Below, piece after piece: positions 62,391-64,000 of a stretch of DNA of 64,000 nucleotides (its first letter is position 1; each line of letters starts with the position of its first letter). Made by a program: the position numbers and the translations under genes. The stretch is from a virus: the IMG/VR virus record IMGVR_UViG_3300020392_000005, one strand, 5' to 3'. The notes beneath the pieces were generated by a model, which made no database searches, was not told the origin of the DNA, and was given only the letters and a program-made list of their open reading frames with translations.

Positions 62391-63041
62391 TTATCCATAG
62401 TAAACTCCTCCGTCAGTACCATTTAAATATGTATCTGGAACCTCGTTAGGTTTGTTATAACTAATTTGTAAATCCCATTTGGCATAAACATCACCACTTG
62501 ATATAACCTCTTCAACACCTTCGTGTGATAAGAAGTATCTCTTAACAATCTCTTCGCCGATGGTACCTTTCTTACCCATAACATTTGTATCGTTCTTTTT
62601 GTTTTTTGAATAAGTTGTATAACCATTATAAGTTCGCCACTTACCATTACCCATATGTCTTAAATGTTCTAGGTCGTCTTTATTCGTTATCTTACCCATT
62701 ACTTTCAACCAATCTTTAGTTGCCTTATGTCCTATAGGTATATTAAACCAGGGGTCATTGTAACCTTTAGGATATACAATCATACGATTTTGAAAGTGTA
62801 AACTTTGTTCTTTAGTTAACCAGTTGTGTAATGCAGGACCACTTGCCCTAACAATCTCACCTTCTCTAGGATGATTTATTGTCTGTGGTAACTTATAATC
62901 ACCACAACCTAGAAAGTAAACATACCTGACACCAAGTAAACTTTCAACTTGACTACCTTTGGCAGGATGTGCTACGATATCAAAACCGTGGTTTCTAGTG
63001 TATCGTAATGTTTGTGTTTTTATACTCACTTTAAATTTCAT
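62391..63041 (-). CDS. Hypothetical protein, possible partial PD-(D/E)XK domain at the C-terminus
   Basis: KG.IGEE.V..Y...WDL. Confidence 0.6.
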   Translation of the reverse strand: MKFKVSIKTQTLRYTRNHGFDIVAHPAKGSQVESLLGVRYVYFLGCGDYKLPQTINHPREGEIVRASGPALHNWLTKEQSLHFQNRMIVYPKGYNDPWFNIPIGHKATKDWLKVMGKITNKDDLEHLRHMGNGKWRTYNGYTTYSKNKKNDTNVMGKKGTIGEEIVKRYFLSHEGVEEVISSGDVYAKWDLQISYNKPNEVPDTYLNGTDGGVYYG

Positions 63042-63043
63042 AA

Positions 63044-63352
63044 TTAACTCCCGTTAAAAGCGTCTACATCAATACCCATATCAGGTTTTTCATTAGACTT
63101 GTTTTCACTATCTAATAACAATACTATGTAATGTATCGCCTTAAATAAATCCATTTTATTTCTGCCTGACTTCTTACCATATCTACATAGGTATTTAATC
63201 GCATTTGATTGACAGAAATCTTTATCAATATTTAAATGTCTTAACATATCTTGGACTTGAAATCCATCTTTAGTAGATGAATAATGTTGCCCATATGTTT
63301 TTTCAATATAACTTTTAATTTCGTCTAGTATTTTATCTTCATTGTATTTCAT
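63044..63352 (-). CDS. DUF3310-like (T7 gp1.7 nucleotide kinase-like) protein
   Basis: TY.QHY, FC.SNAIKYL.RYGKK...DL.KA.HY. Confidence 0.85.
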   Translation of the reverse strand: MKYNEDKILDEIKSYIEKTYGQHYSSTKDGFQVQDMLRHLNIDKDFCQSNAIKYLCRYGKKSGRNKMDLFKAIHYIVLLLDSENKSNEKPDMGIDVDAFNGS

Positions 63353-63377
63353 ATAGTCCTCATAGTTAGAGTGTGAT

Positions 63378-63408
63378 AAAAAGGAGAGGCGCCACTACAC
63401 GCCTCTCC
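63378..63408 (-). terminator. Rho-independent terminator
   Basis: GGAGAGGCG / CGCCTCTCC stem plus TTTTT on the minus strand. Confidence 0.8.
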
Positions 63409-63436
63409 AAGGACCACACTATGGATAGATTTTAAA

Positions 63437-64000
63437 TTAGACAAGGTCTTCCTCGTCTTCTTCGTCCTCACTATCATTGGACTCCATTTGTTGAGCTTTC
63501 AAGGCTTCAGCCTTTTGTTCTTCAGCGATACTTTCGGCAGTTGCCCCAGCATCCACTTTAGTGTACAAGTCAACAAAAGAAGCTTTTGTATCGTCATCAA
63601 ATCTATTCGTACACAATTCAATTGCCTTCATCTTATTACCGAAGATTGAATATGCTTGTACGATATGGACAAGTCTTCTAGTTGATATAATCTCATCAAC
63701 CCCACCATCAAAGTAGGTTTTTCTGATTACATCAGCCCAAGTTGATAACTTCTCAACATACTTTTCGTCTCTTTTGCCAGCGGCAGCAAGAGTGTTGTTA
63801 AGAATTTTCTGCTCTGTTTTTACAGCAGGATATTTCTGTTCAAAGGTTACTGGAAATCTTTCTAGGAACGCTTCGTTCAATATGTTAGTACCGATAAACT
63901 TGCCGTCTTCACTACCTTGACCTTTAGTGTTAGCAGTTGCAACAACATTGAAACCTTGAGCAGGTTTAACAAACTTGTTTATCTTTTTAACATAGACACC
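63437..64000 (-). CDS. cobS: CobS/MoxR-like AAA+ ATPase, start lies outside the window
   Basis: ATANTKG.GS..G.F.GTN.LNEAFLERF, ISTRRL. Confidence 0.9.
   Translation of the reverse strand, partial: GVYVKKINKFVKPAQGFNVVATANTKGQGSEDGKFIGTNILNEAFLERFPVTFEQKYPAVKTEQKILNNTLAAAGKRDEKYVEKLSTWADVIRKTYFDGGVDEIISTRRLVHIVQAYSIFGNKMKAIELCTNRFDDDTKASFVDLYTKVDAGATAESIAEEQKAEALKAQQMESNDSEDEEDEEDLV

Noticed and set aside
4463-62647. Nested same-strand alternative-frame ORFs (4463-4843, 20638-20832, 28691-28957, 51508-51690, 62423-62647)
   Set aside because: They lie inside stronger genes or across promoters and have no motifs.
1-64000. CRISPR array, integrase, IS element or rRNA
   Set aside because: No regularly spaced repeats or recognisable motifs were seen; the Cas4-like exonuclease is a standalone T4-like nuclease.
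1-64000. Genome-wide stop-codon reassignment
   Set aside because: Core genes are intact under code 11, all three stops end conserved proteins, and no suppressor tRNA is present.

Overview
A 64 kb segment of an AT-rich, lytic T4-like myovirus. The host is probably a marine alphaproteobacterium (SAR11/pelagiphage-like), inferred from the permuted two-piece tmRNA, bS21 and the type of Fe-S genes. Essentially every real gene is on the minus strand. The T4 replication and transcription core is present (gp45, gp44, gp62, RegA, gp43, UvsX, gp41, gp61, NrdA/B/C, gp33, gp59, gp32), along with gp2, baseplate genes (gp54-like, gp26, gp51) and scattered lysis genes (M15 peptidase, glucosaminidase, spanin pair). 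Host-like genes include IscU, SufE, ferredoxin, peroxiredoxin, Hsp20, bS21, RimK, Adk, MazG, a SET domain and CobS, plus tRNA-Arg(UCU). Main signals: (1) a ~14 kb late block in which many proteins, enzymes included, start with a T4 internal-protein-like capsid-targeting sequence, and which encodes a ligase-like nucleotidyltransferase, P-loop kinases, phosphatases and two more nucleotidyltransferases, making it a candidate virion-delivered RNA-repair/nucleotide kit; (2) a start-less gp51 reachable from gp26 through a T-TTT-TTC -1 slippery site; (3) a circularly permuted tmRNA with tag GNNTFALAA; (4) an unannotated double-pseudoknot RNA between rpsU and hsp20; (5) a hairpin-embedded UGA with an in-frame extension on the endolysin. 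All calls come from motif recognition by eye; no database searches were run.
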